A DNA stretch of 64,000 bases, from contig JAVBPD010000033.1 in NCBI GenBank assembly GCA_031549885.1, positions 22 to 64,021 on the forward strand, given 5' to 3'. Under the pieces are notes generated by a model. The model worked only from the letters and a program-made list of their open reading frames with translations, had not been told where the DNA came from and ran no database searches. Origin of the DNA: Clostridiaceae bacterium (GTDB lineage: Bacteria; Bacillota; Clostridia; Clostridiales; Clostridiaceae). Both the position numbers and the translations under genes were made by a program. Below, in pieces: positions 56,392-64,000 of the stretch (position 1 is its first letter; each line of letters begins with the position of its first letter).

Positions 56392-56766
56392 TTATCTAGC
56401 TATAACATCCTGATCTCCATTTGATCCTTTAATTGTTACAATTATATTGTGAGGAAGGCACACTATGCTTTCACCTGGCTTATCAATAAGCCCTTCTTTT
56501 ATGCATATAGAATCTCTACAATCTGCAGATACCATTTTAACTCCATCTTTTGAAATTAAGATTTCGTTGTGGCCTTTTTTAGTATTTAATTCAATAGTTT
56601 CACTCTTTTCAAGTTTTTTAAAGTAGACAGTTTTATATACTCTTCCATCAACTTTTATCTCTACATATTCATCTTGATATCCTTTGTTATTAAGCGTATA
56701 AATAGCTTGAGGAATAAATGATAAAACTATAAAAATAACCACAAGGGCAATATCAAATTTCTTCAT
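56392..56766 (-). CDS. NusG-domain-II-like small membrane-anchored protein (DUF1312-like)
   Basis: N-terminal TM plus an about 95-aa beta-rich domain. The pattern (VYFKKLEKSETIEL..., SADCRDSICIKEGLIDKPGESIVCLPHNIIVTI) matches my memory of this family. Confidence 0.5.
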   Translation of the reverse strand: MKKFDIALVVIFIVLSFIPQAIYTLNNKGYQDEYVEIKVDGRVYKTVYFKKLEKSETIELNTKKGHNEILISKDGVKMVSADCRDSICIKEGLIDKPGESIVCLPHNIIVTIKGSNGDQDVIAR

Positions 56767-56817
56767 ATTTACCTCCAGTTTATTAACCTTTACAATTATA
56801 TCATAATATTATTAAAG

Positions 56818-57336
56818 TTGGTGAATAAAGTGGTAAAGCTCATAGAATATTCTGATTTATATAAGGAAAAAACAATAGAAAGAATAGCACAATTTTTTGG
56901 ACTACATGTTCAATTTTTAAATAATGAATTTAAAATAACAGAAGAAAATTATAAAGAAGCAGAAAATACATTGGAAAATTGGCAAAAAGATTCTGGTGCT
57001 CTGTATATAATAGTTTATAAGCGTAATTCAGTTGGATTCTTAAGGCTTGGTTATAGAGGTCCCAGCGTGGCTTGGCTTGAAGATATTTATGTTGATGAAA
57101 ATTTTAGAGGAAAAGGGATAGCCACTAAATCTATACTTCTTGCAGAAGAAATATTAAAACAAAACAAAAAATATAGAGCTTTAAGCATTGATGTGGTGCC
57201 TAGGAATATTGATGCAATTAATTTATATCATAAGTTAGGGTATACTGATCTTAGCATAATTACTATAAGAAAGGAATTTGGAGAATCAAAAAGAGATAAG
57301 AAAATTGAAATTTTAGGGAAAGATTTTAACTATTAA
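56818..57336 (+). CDS. GNAT-family N-acetyltransferase
   Basis: FRGKGIATKSILLAEE acetyl-CoA motif. TTG or GTG start. Confidence 0.8.
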   Translation: MVNKVVKLIEYSDLYKEKTIERIAQFFGLHVQFLNNEFKITEENYKEAENTLENWQKDSGALYIIVYKRNSVGFLRLGYRGPSVAWLEDIYVDENFRGKGIATKSILLAEEILKQNKKYRALSIDVVPRNIDAINLYHKLGYTDLSIITIRKEFGESKRDKKIEILGKDFNY

Positions 57337-57359
57337 AATAGAATATATGAAAAGCAGTA

Positions 57360-57398
57360 AGAGCCAAAATCCATCATAAAAAAATTGATTTTGACTCT
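57360..57398. terminator. Bidirectional hairpin between convergent GNAT and helicase genes
   Basis: 12-bp arms AGAGCCAAAATC / GATTTTGACTCT with one mismatch, followed by TTATTTAT. Confidence 0.5.
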
Positions 57399-57414
57399 TT
57401 ATTTATCCTTTAAA

Positions 57415-60156
57415 TCAATTGCTCTCTCTTATTATTTTCATAAGTTCATCTTCTAAGCGTTTCTTTTCATTGCTTTCAGTGGTTTTAAATCTTATTAAAG
57501 ATATTTTATATTTTTCAAAAATTCTATCCTTTATTATATCTCTTTTAAATTGTTCAGTGGCTTCATTATGATACTTATAACCATCAACTTCAACTACAAG
57601 AACTGGTCTTTTATCCATATTATCAAAGATCAAAAAATCCACATGAGTTAAAGCGTTCATTGCATACTTTTTTTCTTCATTATCTAAAATAGCAAAATTT
57701 CTTATTATCTGATTTAGTTTAACATGGACAGCCACTGCAAATGCAGAATATAGTTTATTAGAAAGCACTTTACGAATTAATAAATACATTAATTTTTCAC
57801 TATCATGTTCTGAAATGCGTTTCATTTTACTTAAAATCTCTTTTCTTTTTTCATCATATGCTTTATATAAATAATCAAAAACAGAATAAGTATGGCTTGC
57901 TATTATTTTTAAAGAATTGTATTCGGCATATTTTATTAAATCTTTAATATTTGTTTCTCGTTTATATTCATTTCCTGTTGTAACTATTATAAGCTGTTCA
58001 ATGGCTCTAGAAACGGCCACATTAAGCCTATTTGGAGAATCAGAAAAATTTGATATTTCATTATCAACAGTTGACAATATTATAATTTTTCGCTCTTGTC
58101 CTTGAAATTTATCAACAGTAGCAGCTTTTATTTCTGTTTTTTCAAATGCTTTTGTAAGTTCTTCAACTTGATTCTTATAAGGTGAAACTATCCCTATTGA
58201 ATCTTTAACTGTTATATCTAAATTTTGATCTGGAATTACTTCATTTTTTATAACATCAATTTCCCGAATGTTAAAATGATCTCTTTCATGATTTCCCTTT
58301 ACAGTTCTATAAATAACAAAAGGTTCACGATTTGATTTAATTTCCGATAAAACAATAAGCTCATCATCATAAAACTTTTTATTACAAAATTCAATTATCT
58401 TTGGGTGGCAGCGATAATGTTCTTTTAATAGAGTTCTTTTAACACTAGGAAAAAGCTTTATTGCAGATGATAACAAACTATTGCAAGAATACCTATAAGC
58501 TTCATTTAAATTAAACTTATTAAATATATAATCAGTTTTTATCCTTTTTTGTTCATCAACCACATGCAGAAGTTGATTTAAATCTCCTACTATAACCACA
58601 TTCTTTGCACAAGATAAAGCTAAAGCTCCAGTTGCTAAATTTACTTGAGAGGCCTCATCAATAATTAAATAATCATAAACTGTTTGCCTGGATAAACTAC
58701 TCCTTAATGAAAATGTAGTACTTAAAATTACAGGATAATCTTTTATAAATTCTTCTGAATGCTTCCATAAATCATCTTTATCATATTTTTTTCTCAATGA
58801 ATTTCCATACTTATCCTTTAAAAATGATTTAAAAATTTTCATTGATAACTCAGAGTATTTTTTCATATTATCATCGAAAGAATATTTTTGTAATTTTCTT
58901 TTAGTGTCTTCAATCTTCGTATAAATCTCTTGAAGCTTTATTTCATAATAGTGTTTTTGCAGAATTACAATTATATTATGTATAGAATTCCCATAAAAAT
59001 CTTGATTGTAAATTCCATATTTTATCAAATTGATAATTTTGCTCATAATTGAAAATTTAACTTTAGATTCCGCAAATATTTCATATTTAGTCCAAAATGT
59101 TAATATGTCCATAGATTTTAATTTGTATATTGTTTTAAAATTAATGCTATTGTTACTGTTCTCGCTAAAATATTCATCAAAATAATGCTTTTCAGTTGAA
59201 ATCACAGATTCTTCTTTTAAAAGCATAGCTAATCTATTTTTATCTTTTAGCATATTATCAAGTTCTACCCCTAAAGAGCTTAATTCTTTAAGAATTTCAC
59301 CCCTTTTATTATTATCCAAATGCCAATTTGATGTATTTGATGAAATACCTCCTTGATTATTTAAAAATTCTTCTTTATTATTAAAATTTCCTAAAAAAGC
59401 ACATATAAAATCAACTCCATATTTTTGCAATTTTTCTATTACATTTTTTGTTGCAGAATTATTGTTAGAAACCACAGCCACACTTTTTCCTTCCATAACT
59501 ACATTAGATATTATATTTAAAATCGTCTGTGTTTTTCCAGTGCCTGGAGGACCTTCAATAATACTTATTTTATTGCTAAATGCGCTATCAACAGCTGACT
59601 TTTGGCTTTCATTAAATCCAAATGGATAAAGTACTGTTTTTCTATATTTATTTTTTTCATAAACTTCTTTAGGATTTAAAAAATCAGCTAGTACAGAGTC
59701 CTCTCGTATAAAATTTAAATTTTTATAATGATTTCCTAAAATAGCATTATCATCTTTATATTTTAATATATCAGCATTTGCAATCTCTTTAAGATACAAA
59801 AAACAATCCTTTGACTTTTTATCTTTAAGGCAAGATTTTATTAAGTTTATACAATTATTTTCAATTAGCTCTTTATAAGTACCTTTATATATTAATCTTG
59901 TATGTTTACTAAACTGCAATGCTTTAACCACACCAAAAATACATTTCCCATCTTTTTCAATAATTGTATTTGTTAAATCAATTTCAATTGGATTTTTAAA
60001 AAATTCCACATTGTCAGAATTATAAGAATATGGTTTATTACTATTGTTAAATATTATATTAAACTTATAGTCATTATAATTACATATTTTAACATCTTCG
60101 GTTTTGTCTTTATTTTTAATTAATATTAAATTTTTTTCTATATCCAATGTAACCAC
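57415..60156 (-). CDS. SF1 (Upf1/DNA2-like, AAA_11/AAA_12-type) helicase fused to a C-terminal Vsr/DUF559-like PD-(D/E)xK nuclease domain, with an about 170-aa N-terminal domain of unknown function
   Basis: Walker A GPPGTGKTQT, motif II LIIDEASQV, GDLNQL, HYRCHPKIIEF, DKFQGQERKIIILS, LNVAVSRA. C-terminus: THVDFLIFD...PVLVVEVDGYKYH...KRDIIKDRIFEKYKISLIRF. Confidence 0.85.
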   Translation of the reverse strand: MVTLDIEKNLILIKNKDKTEDVKICNYNDYKFNIIFNNSNKPYSYNSDNVEFFKNPIEIDLTNTIIEKDGKCIFGVVKALQFSKHTRLIYKGTYKELIENNCINLIKSCLKDKKSKDCFLYLKEIANADILKYKDDNAILGNHYKNLNFIREDSVLADFLNPKEVYEKNKYRKTVLYPFGFNESQKSAVDSAFSNKISIIEGPPGTGKTQTILNIISNVVMEGKSVAVVSNNNSATKNVIEKLQKYGVDFICAFLGNFNNKEEFLNNQGGISSNTSNWHLDNNKRGEILKELSSLGVELDNMLKDKNRLAMLLKEESVISTEKHYFDEYFSENSNNSINFKTIYKLKSMDILTFWTKYEIFAESKVKFSIMSKIINLIKYGIYNQDFYGNSIHNIIVILQKHYYEIKLQEIYTKIEDTKRKLQKYSFDDNMKKYSELSMKIFKSFLKDKYGNSLRKKYDKDDLWKHSEEFIKDYPVILSTTFSLRSSLSRQTVYDYLIIDEASQVNLATGALALSCAKNVVIVGDLNQLLHVVDEQKRIKTDYIFNKFNLNEAYRYSCNSLLSSAIKLFPSVKRTLLKEHYRCHPKIIEFCNKKFYDDELIVLSEIKSNREPFVIYRTVKGNHERDHFNIREIDVIKNEVIPDQNLDITVKDSIGIVSPYKNQVEELTKAFEKTEIKAATVDKFQGQERKIIILSTVDNEISNFSDSPNRLNVAVSRAIEQLIIVTTGNEYKRETNIKDLIKYAEYNSLKIIASHTYSVFDYLYKAYDEKRKEILSKMKRISEHDSEKLMYLLIRKVLSNKLYSAFAVAVHVKLNQIIRNFAILDNEEKKYAMNALTHVDFLIFDNMDKRPVLVVEVDGYKYHNEATEQFKRDIIKDRIFEKYKISLIRFKTTESNEKKRLEDELMKIIRESN

Positions 60157-60251
60157 TCCTTATAAATTATTAAGTTATTTAATATTATGGACATATCATC
60201 AATATAATGCTAAAATACTGCTGTTTAAATTTTATTTTAAAGAGGTTAAAA

Positions 60252-61280
60252 ATGAAAAAGCATAAATTTATTTTATCATTAATGTTATTATTTATTATTT
60301 TTTTATTATTTGGTTGCAGCCCTAAAAATATTGATCCTATTTCTAAAGAAGACACTGTTATAGGTACATTATGCAGTGTTAAAATATTTGACAAACAAGA
60401 TAGATCCATTTTAGATAAATGCTTTAAAAAATTAGAGGATTTAGAGGATACTTTAAGCATTAATAAAACAGGAACTACTATAGATGATGTAAATGCAAAT
60501 GCTGGCATTAAACCTGTTAAGGTCACCAAGGAAATCATAGATTTAGTGGAGTATTCTTTCAAATACAGTGAAATTTCAGGGGGCACATTTGATATTTCCA
60601 TCGGACCTTTGGTTAAAAAGTGGCATATTGGCTTTGATGATGAAAGAAAACCTTCTAATGAAGAAATAGAAGACGCAAAATCTAAAATTAATTATAAAGA
60701 TATAATAATTAACAAAGATGATAGCACAATTTTCTTAAAGAATAAAGGCATGATCTTAGACTTTGGAGGCATAGCAAAGGGATATGCTGCAGATTGTTTA
60801 AATACAATATTAGATGAAAATGGAGTAAAAAGTGCCATTATAGATTTAGGTGGGAATATTTTTGCAAAAGGTAAAAAACTAGATGGATCTGAATGGACTG
60901 TTGGCATTCAAGATCCTGATGAAATTCGCGGTGATTCTATAGGAAAAGTTTTAGTTCAAAATAAAAGCCTAGTTACTTCAGGTATTTATGAAAAATACTT
61001 TATAAAAGATGGAATTTACTACCACCATTTATTAAACCCATTTACAGGTTTCCCTGAAAATAATGATGTATTAAGCATTACAGTTATTTCCGATCTTTCA
61101 GTAGAAGGAGAATGCCTTACTAAAACCCTCTACTTTATGGGAAAAGATAAAGGATTAAAATATGTAGAATCAAGAAAAGACATAGATTGCATATATGTAA
61201 TGAAAAATCACGATGTATACATAAGCTTGGGACTGCAAAATAACTTTACTATAATAAATTCTAAATATAAATTAAAATGA
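60252..61280 (+). CDS. apbE: FAD:protein FMN transferase (ApbE-family) lipoprotein
   Basis: Lipobox LLFGCS, FDISIGPLVKKW, LDFGGIAKGYAAD, HHLLNPFTG. ATG at 60252 with an AGAGG ribosome-binding site. Confidence 0.85.
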   Translation: MKKHKFILSLMLLFIIFLLFGCSPKNIDPISKEDTVIGTLCSVKIFDKQDRSILDKCFKKLEDLEDTLSINKTGTTIDDVNANAGIKPVKVTKEIIDLVEYSFKYSEISGGTFDISIGPLVKKWHIGFDDERKPSNEEIEDAKSKINYKDIIINKDDSTIFLKNKGMILDFGGIAKGYAADCLNTILDENGVKSAIIDLGGNIFAKGKKLDGSEWTVGIQDPDEIRGDSIGKVLVQNKSLVTSGIYEKYFIKDGIYYHHLLNPFTGFPENNDVLSITVISDLSVEGECLTKTLYFMGKDKGLKYVESRKDIDCIYVMKNHDVYISLGLQNNFTIINSKYKLK

Positions 61281-61302
61281 GGGTTTAAAAGCCCTCATTT
61301 TA
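61278..61302 (+). terminator. Rho-independent terminator after apbE
   Basis: TGAGGGT-TTAAAA-GCCCTCA stem-loop followed by TTTTATT. Confidence 0.65.
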
Positions 61303-62049
61303 TTCAATGTATAAAAAATTAAATCTTTTTAAAATACCTTTTGGGTTTATAACTTCGTATAAATCAAGTTTTACAATTCTTCCCCAAGTTAAACAATATA
61401 TAAAAATATCATCTTGATCATTTTTTTTAAGTTTAATTATGCTCATCCAATGAAATTTATACTCTGGAAGCCTCTCATTTTCCCATTGTATCATAGCTAC
61501 AGGCCTATCTTTAGATAATGCTTCTTTTATAAATTGTATTATATTATAAGTAGTTTTTGGTTTATCAAATATTTTAACTTTTAAGTTAACTCCTCTGCTC
61601 TTTGCAAATCGCCTTACCCCTCTTTTATAGCTTTCAGCAAGCGGTACTCCCATAAGTATCTTGTCCTTAAAAGGAACTTTTGTAGGAGGCATATATTTAT
61701 ATACGTCCTCCATATGCTTTAAAAAATCATCTTTATTTAAATTATCCTTATCATATTCATAAAGCTTTGAATATCTTTCATCATACTTTGCTAAATAAGC
61801 TGTTATGTCTGAAGCTGAAGTTACACCACAGCCACTGTCCCTGCCTACTTTAGTTGAAAACCAAGCTTGATTTCCACCAAATACATAGCTTTTTAAATTC
61901 ACATCAGCCCAATTTTTATATATTAAATCATCATCTTCTGCTTTTTTAAAAAACTTTTTTAAAAAGTGAAAAAAGGAAAATATTAAGTCAATAAATATAT
62001 TTTTAAGTTGAATAAGCACATCATCATAAAATTCAATAAATCTATTCAC
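61300..62049 (-). CDS. Hypothetical protein with papain/C39-like Cys...His pattern
   Basis: GRDSGCGVTSASD (candidate nucleophile Cys) and a downstream FHWMSII (candidate His). N-terminal amphipathic or hydrophobic segment. The assignment is tentative. Confidence 0.35.
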   Translation of the reverse strand: MNRFIEFYDDVLIQLKNIFIDLIFSFFHFLKKFFKKAEDDDLIYKNWADVNLKSYVFGGNQAWFSTKVGRDSGCGVTSASDITAYLAKYDERYSKLYEYDKDNLNKDDFLKHMEDVYKYMPPTKVPFKDKILMGVPLAESYKRGVRRFAKSRGVNLKVKIFDKPKTTYNIIQFIKEALSKDRPVAMIQWENERLPEYKFHWMSIIKLKKNDQDDIFIYCLTWGRIVKLDLYEVINPKGILKRFNFLYIE

Positions 62050-62072
62050 AAACTCACTACCTATGCTATATA

Positions 62073-63659
62073 TTATTTGCTAATATCTGATAGAATTAAT
62101 CTCTTATTGTGATCAAGAGCCCAGCTTATAGACCATTCGCTTTGAAAAAGCAATAAATTTCTTCCAATTAAGTCTTTAACTTTTCTTGAATCACTTGTTA
62201 TAATAATATTATCCATATCTACATCTTCATTTTCAATCCATCTTATAAATCTATACCCTTGGTTTTGAAGGTTAATTTCTACATTGTATTCATTTCTTAA
62301 TCTATATTCAAATACTTCAAATTGAAGCACACCAACTACTCCAATTATAAATTCCTCAGAGCCATAGTTTAAATCCTTAAATACCTGTATTGCTCCTTCT
62401 TTGGCAATTTGCATAACACCTTTTAAAAATTGTTTTCTCTTCATAGTGTCAACTGCTTTTATTCTAGCAAAATGTTCTGGAGCAAAAGTAGGAATTTTTT
62501 GAAAATTAAACTTCTTTTGGCTTAAACATAAAGTGTCTCCAATGGAAAATATTCCAGGATCAAATACACCAATTATATCTCCTGCATAAGCCTCTTCAAT
62601 TATTTCCCTATCTTGGGCTAAAAATTGTTGTGGCTGTGAAAGTTTAATTTTATTCCCTGCTTGAACATGATTTACCTCCATTCCCTTTTCAAACTTTCCT
62701 GAACATATTCTCATAAAAGCAATTCTATCCCTATGTGCTGGATTCATATTTGCTTGTATTTTAAATATAAATGCTGAAAATGGTTCCTCATATACATCTA
62801 TTATGCCTTGATCAGAAATTCTAGGAATAGGAGGTGTTGTAAATTTTAAAAAGTAATTTAAAAATTGTTCCACCCCAAAATTAGTAAGAGCACTTCCAAA
62901 AAACACAGGAGTAAGCTTACCTTGGCGAACATTTTCTAAATTAAAATCATCCCCTGCAATATCTAAAAGCTCTATATCGCTTTTTAATTTTTCATGAAAA
63001 TCTATTCCTAAAAGATCTTCAAATACTTTATCATCCACATGGCCTTTAACAGATGACACTTGCGTTTGTCCATGGTTTCCACCTTGAAATACATTTATAA
63101 GCTTTTCTTTTCTGTCATATACTCCTTTAAAATCTTTTCCAGACCCAATAGGCCAATTTATAGGATAAGATTTAATTCCTAATTCCCTTTCTATTATTTC
63201 TAAAAGTTCAAATGGATCTAAAGCTTCTCTATCCATTTTATTTATAAAAGTAAAAATAGGTATTTCTCTTAAACTGCATACATTAAATAACTTCTTTGTT
63301 TGTTCCTCTACACCCTTTGCTGCATCTATAACCATTACTGCACAATCTGCTGCCATTAAGGTTCTATATGTATCTTCACTAAAGTCTTGGTGTCCTGGTG
63401 TGTCTAATATATTGATACAAAAATTATCATAATTAAATTGCATAACAGAACTTGTGACAGAAATTCCCCTTTGCTTTTCAATTTCCATCCAGTCTGATGT
63501 TGCATGCCTTGCAGCTTTTCTAGCTTTTACAGAGCCTGCAAGCCTAATGGCGCCTCCGTAAAGAAGCAATTTTTCTGTTAAAGTTGTTTTACCAGCATCA
63601 GGGTGGGAGATAATTGCAAATGTTCTACGTTTCTCTATTTCATTTATTAAATCGCTCAA
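62073..63659 (-). CDS. prfC: Peptide chain release factor 3
   Basis: RRTFAIISHPDAGKTTLTEKLLLYGGAI, DTPGHQDF, NKMDRE. About 528 aa. Confidence 0.92.
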   Translation of the reverse strand: MSDLINEIEKRRTFAIISHPDAGKTTLTEKLLLYGGAIRLAGSVKARKAARHATSDWMEIEKQRGISVTSSVMQFNYDNFCINILDTPGHQDFSEDTYRTLMAADCAVMVIDAAKGVEEQTKKLFNVCSLREIPIFTFINKMDREALDPFELLEIIERELGIKSYPINWPIGSGKDFKGVYDRKEKLINVFQGGNHGQTQVSSVKGHVDDKVFEDLLGIDFHEKLKSDIELLDIAGDDFNLENVRQGKLTPVFFGSALTNFGVEQFLNYFLKFTTPPIPRISDQGIIDVYEEPFSAFIFKIQANMNPAHRDRIAFMRICSGKFEKGMEVNHVQAGNKIKLSQPQQFLAQDREIIEEAYAGDIIGVFDPGIFSIGDTLCLSQKKFNFQKIPTFAPEHFARIKAVDTMKRKQFLKGVMQIAKEGAIQVFKDLNYGSEEFIIGVVGVLQFEVFEYRLRNEYNVEINLQNQGYRFIRWIENEDVDMDNIIITSDSRKVKDLIGRNLLLFQSEWSISWALDHNKRLILSDISK

Positions 63660-63827
63660 AATTAAATTCTCCTCTTTGATCTTTTAATCTAATGTTAATT
63701 TTTTTAAAGTTGCAAGTAAATTATAACAATTGGAAAAAGCTTTTTCAATTAAGCATTAAAAATAAATTGACATATTTTAAAAATAAACTCATATATATTA
63801 TAAGTAAACTATTTTTAGGAGATATTT

Positions 63828-64000
63828 ATGCGATTTAATGATGGAGAGATTTATGGATTAGACTTAAGACCAAGCTATAGAATAAAAAAACATGATGATG
63901 CAATAACTGAGCAGGAGTTTTTTAAAGAGTCACCTTCCCCTGAAGAAGTAGAGAAAAGAGCCAAAAAAGAAAGAAATACAATTTTAAAAAGAGAAACAAA
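63828..64000 (+). CDS. 5' part of an unidentified CDS running off the right edge
   Basis: ATG at 63828 is preceded by TAGGAG. Open to the window end (MRFNDGEIYGLDLRPSYRIKKHDDAITEQEFFKESPSPEEVEKRAKKERNTILKRET...). Confidence 0.4.
   Translation, partial: MRFNDGEIYGLDLRPSYRIKKHDDAITEQEFFKESPSPEEVEKRAKKERNTILKRET

Noticed and set aside
1-64000. CRISPR arrays, tRNA/rRNA genes, IS elements and transposases
   Set aside because: Scanning by eye found no regularly spaced direct repeats, no cloverleaf-like GC-rich segments, no rRNA-like conserved blocks and no transposase-like ORFs. Apart from the short duplicated elements reported above, the only repeat is the yfhO tandem duplication.

Overview
Densely coding, very AT-rich segment of what looks like an endospore-forming Clostridium-like Firmicute: spoIIM-xerD-deoB-pdp core block, sigma-54 machinery, short intergenic gaps and GGAGG-type ribosome-binding sites. 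I found no rRNA, tRNA, CRISPR array, transposase or prophage genes. Left to right: a Fe-S aldo/keto reductase; a membrane-anchored clostripain-like C11 peptidase; a csbB-like GT2 glycosyltransferase followed by two tandemly duplicated yfhO-type membrane glycosyltransferases; a small secreted protein with a split FtsX/MacB-type ABC transporter; small metabolic and stress genes (yitT-like, OPRT-like, methyltransferase, GNAT, MscS); an isoaspartyl dipeptidase with a near-consensus sigma-54 promoter, divergent from a sigma-54 enhancer-binding protein and rpoN. The central locus is the most interesting. Two back-to-back predicted sigma-54 promoters drive (a) a nine-gene operon encoding a non-pyrrolysine MttB-family methyltransferase, a methyl-THF:corrinoid methyltransferase, a corrinoid protein, an opine-dehydrogenase-like enzyme and a LIV-type ABC importer, and (b) a panB / second MttB / Asp-Glu-racemase-like operon. 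A third MttB paralog, with a DMT transporter and a small winged-helix-like protein, lies beyond the spoIIM-xerD-deoB-pdp block. Further right: an unannotated rubredoxin; a GH127 (beta-L-arabinofuranosidase-like) sugar locus with AraC regulator and ABC importer; an ECF transporter operon ending in two tandem SAM hydroxide adenosyltransferase (DUF62) genes; a lone 913-aa SF1 helicase fused to a Vsr/DUF559-like nuclease domain (Hhe-like defence candidate); ApbE; a papain-like hypothetical; prfC. All functional calls come from motif and family recognition by eye. No searches were run.
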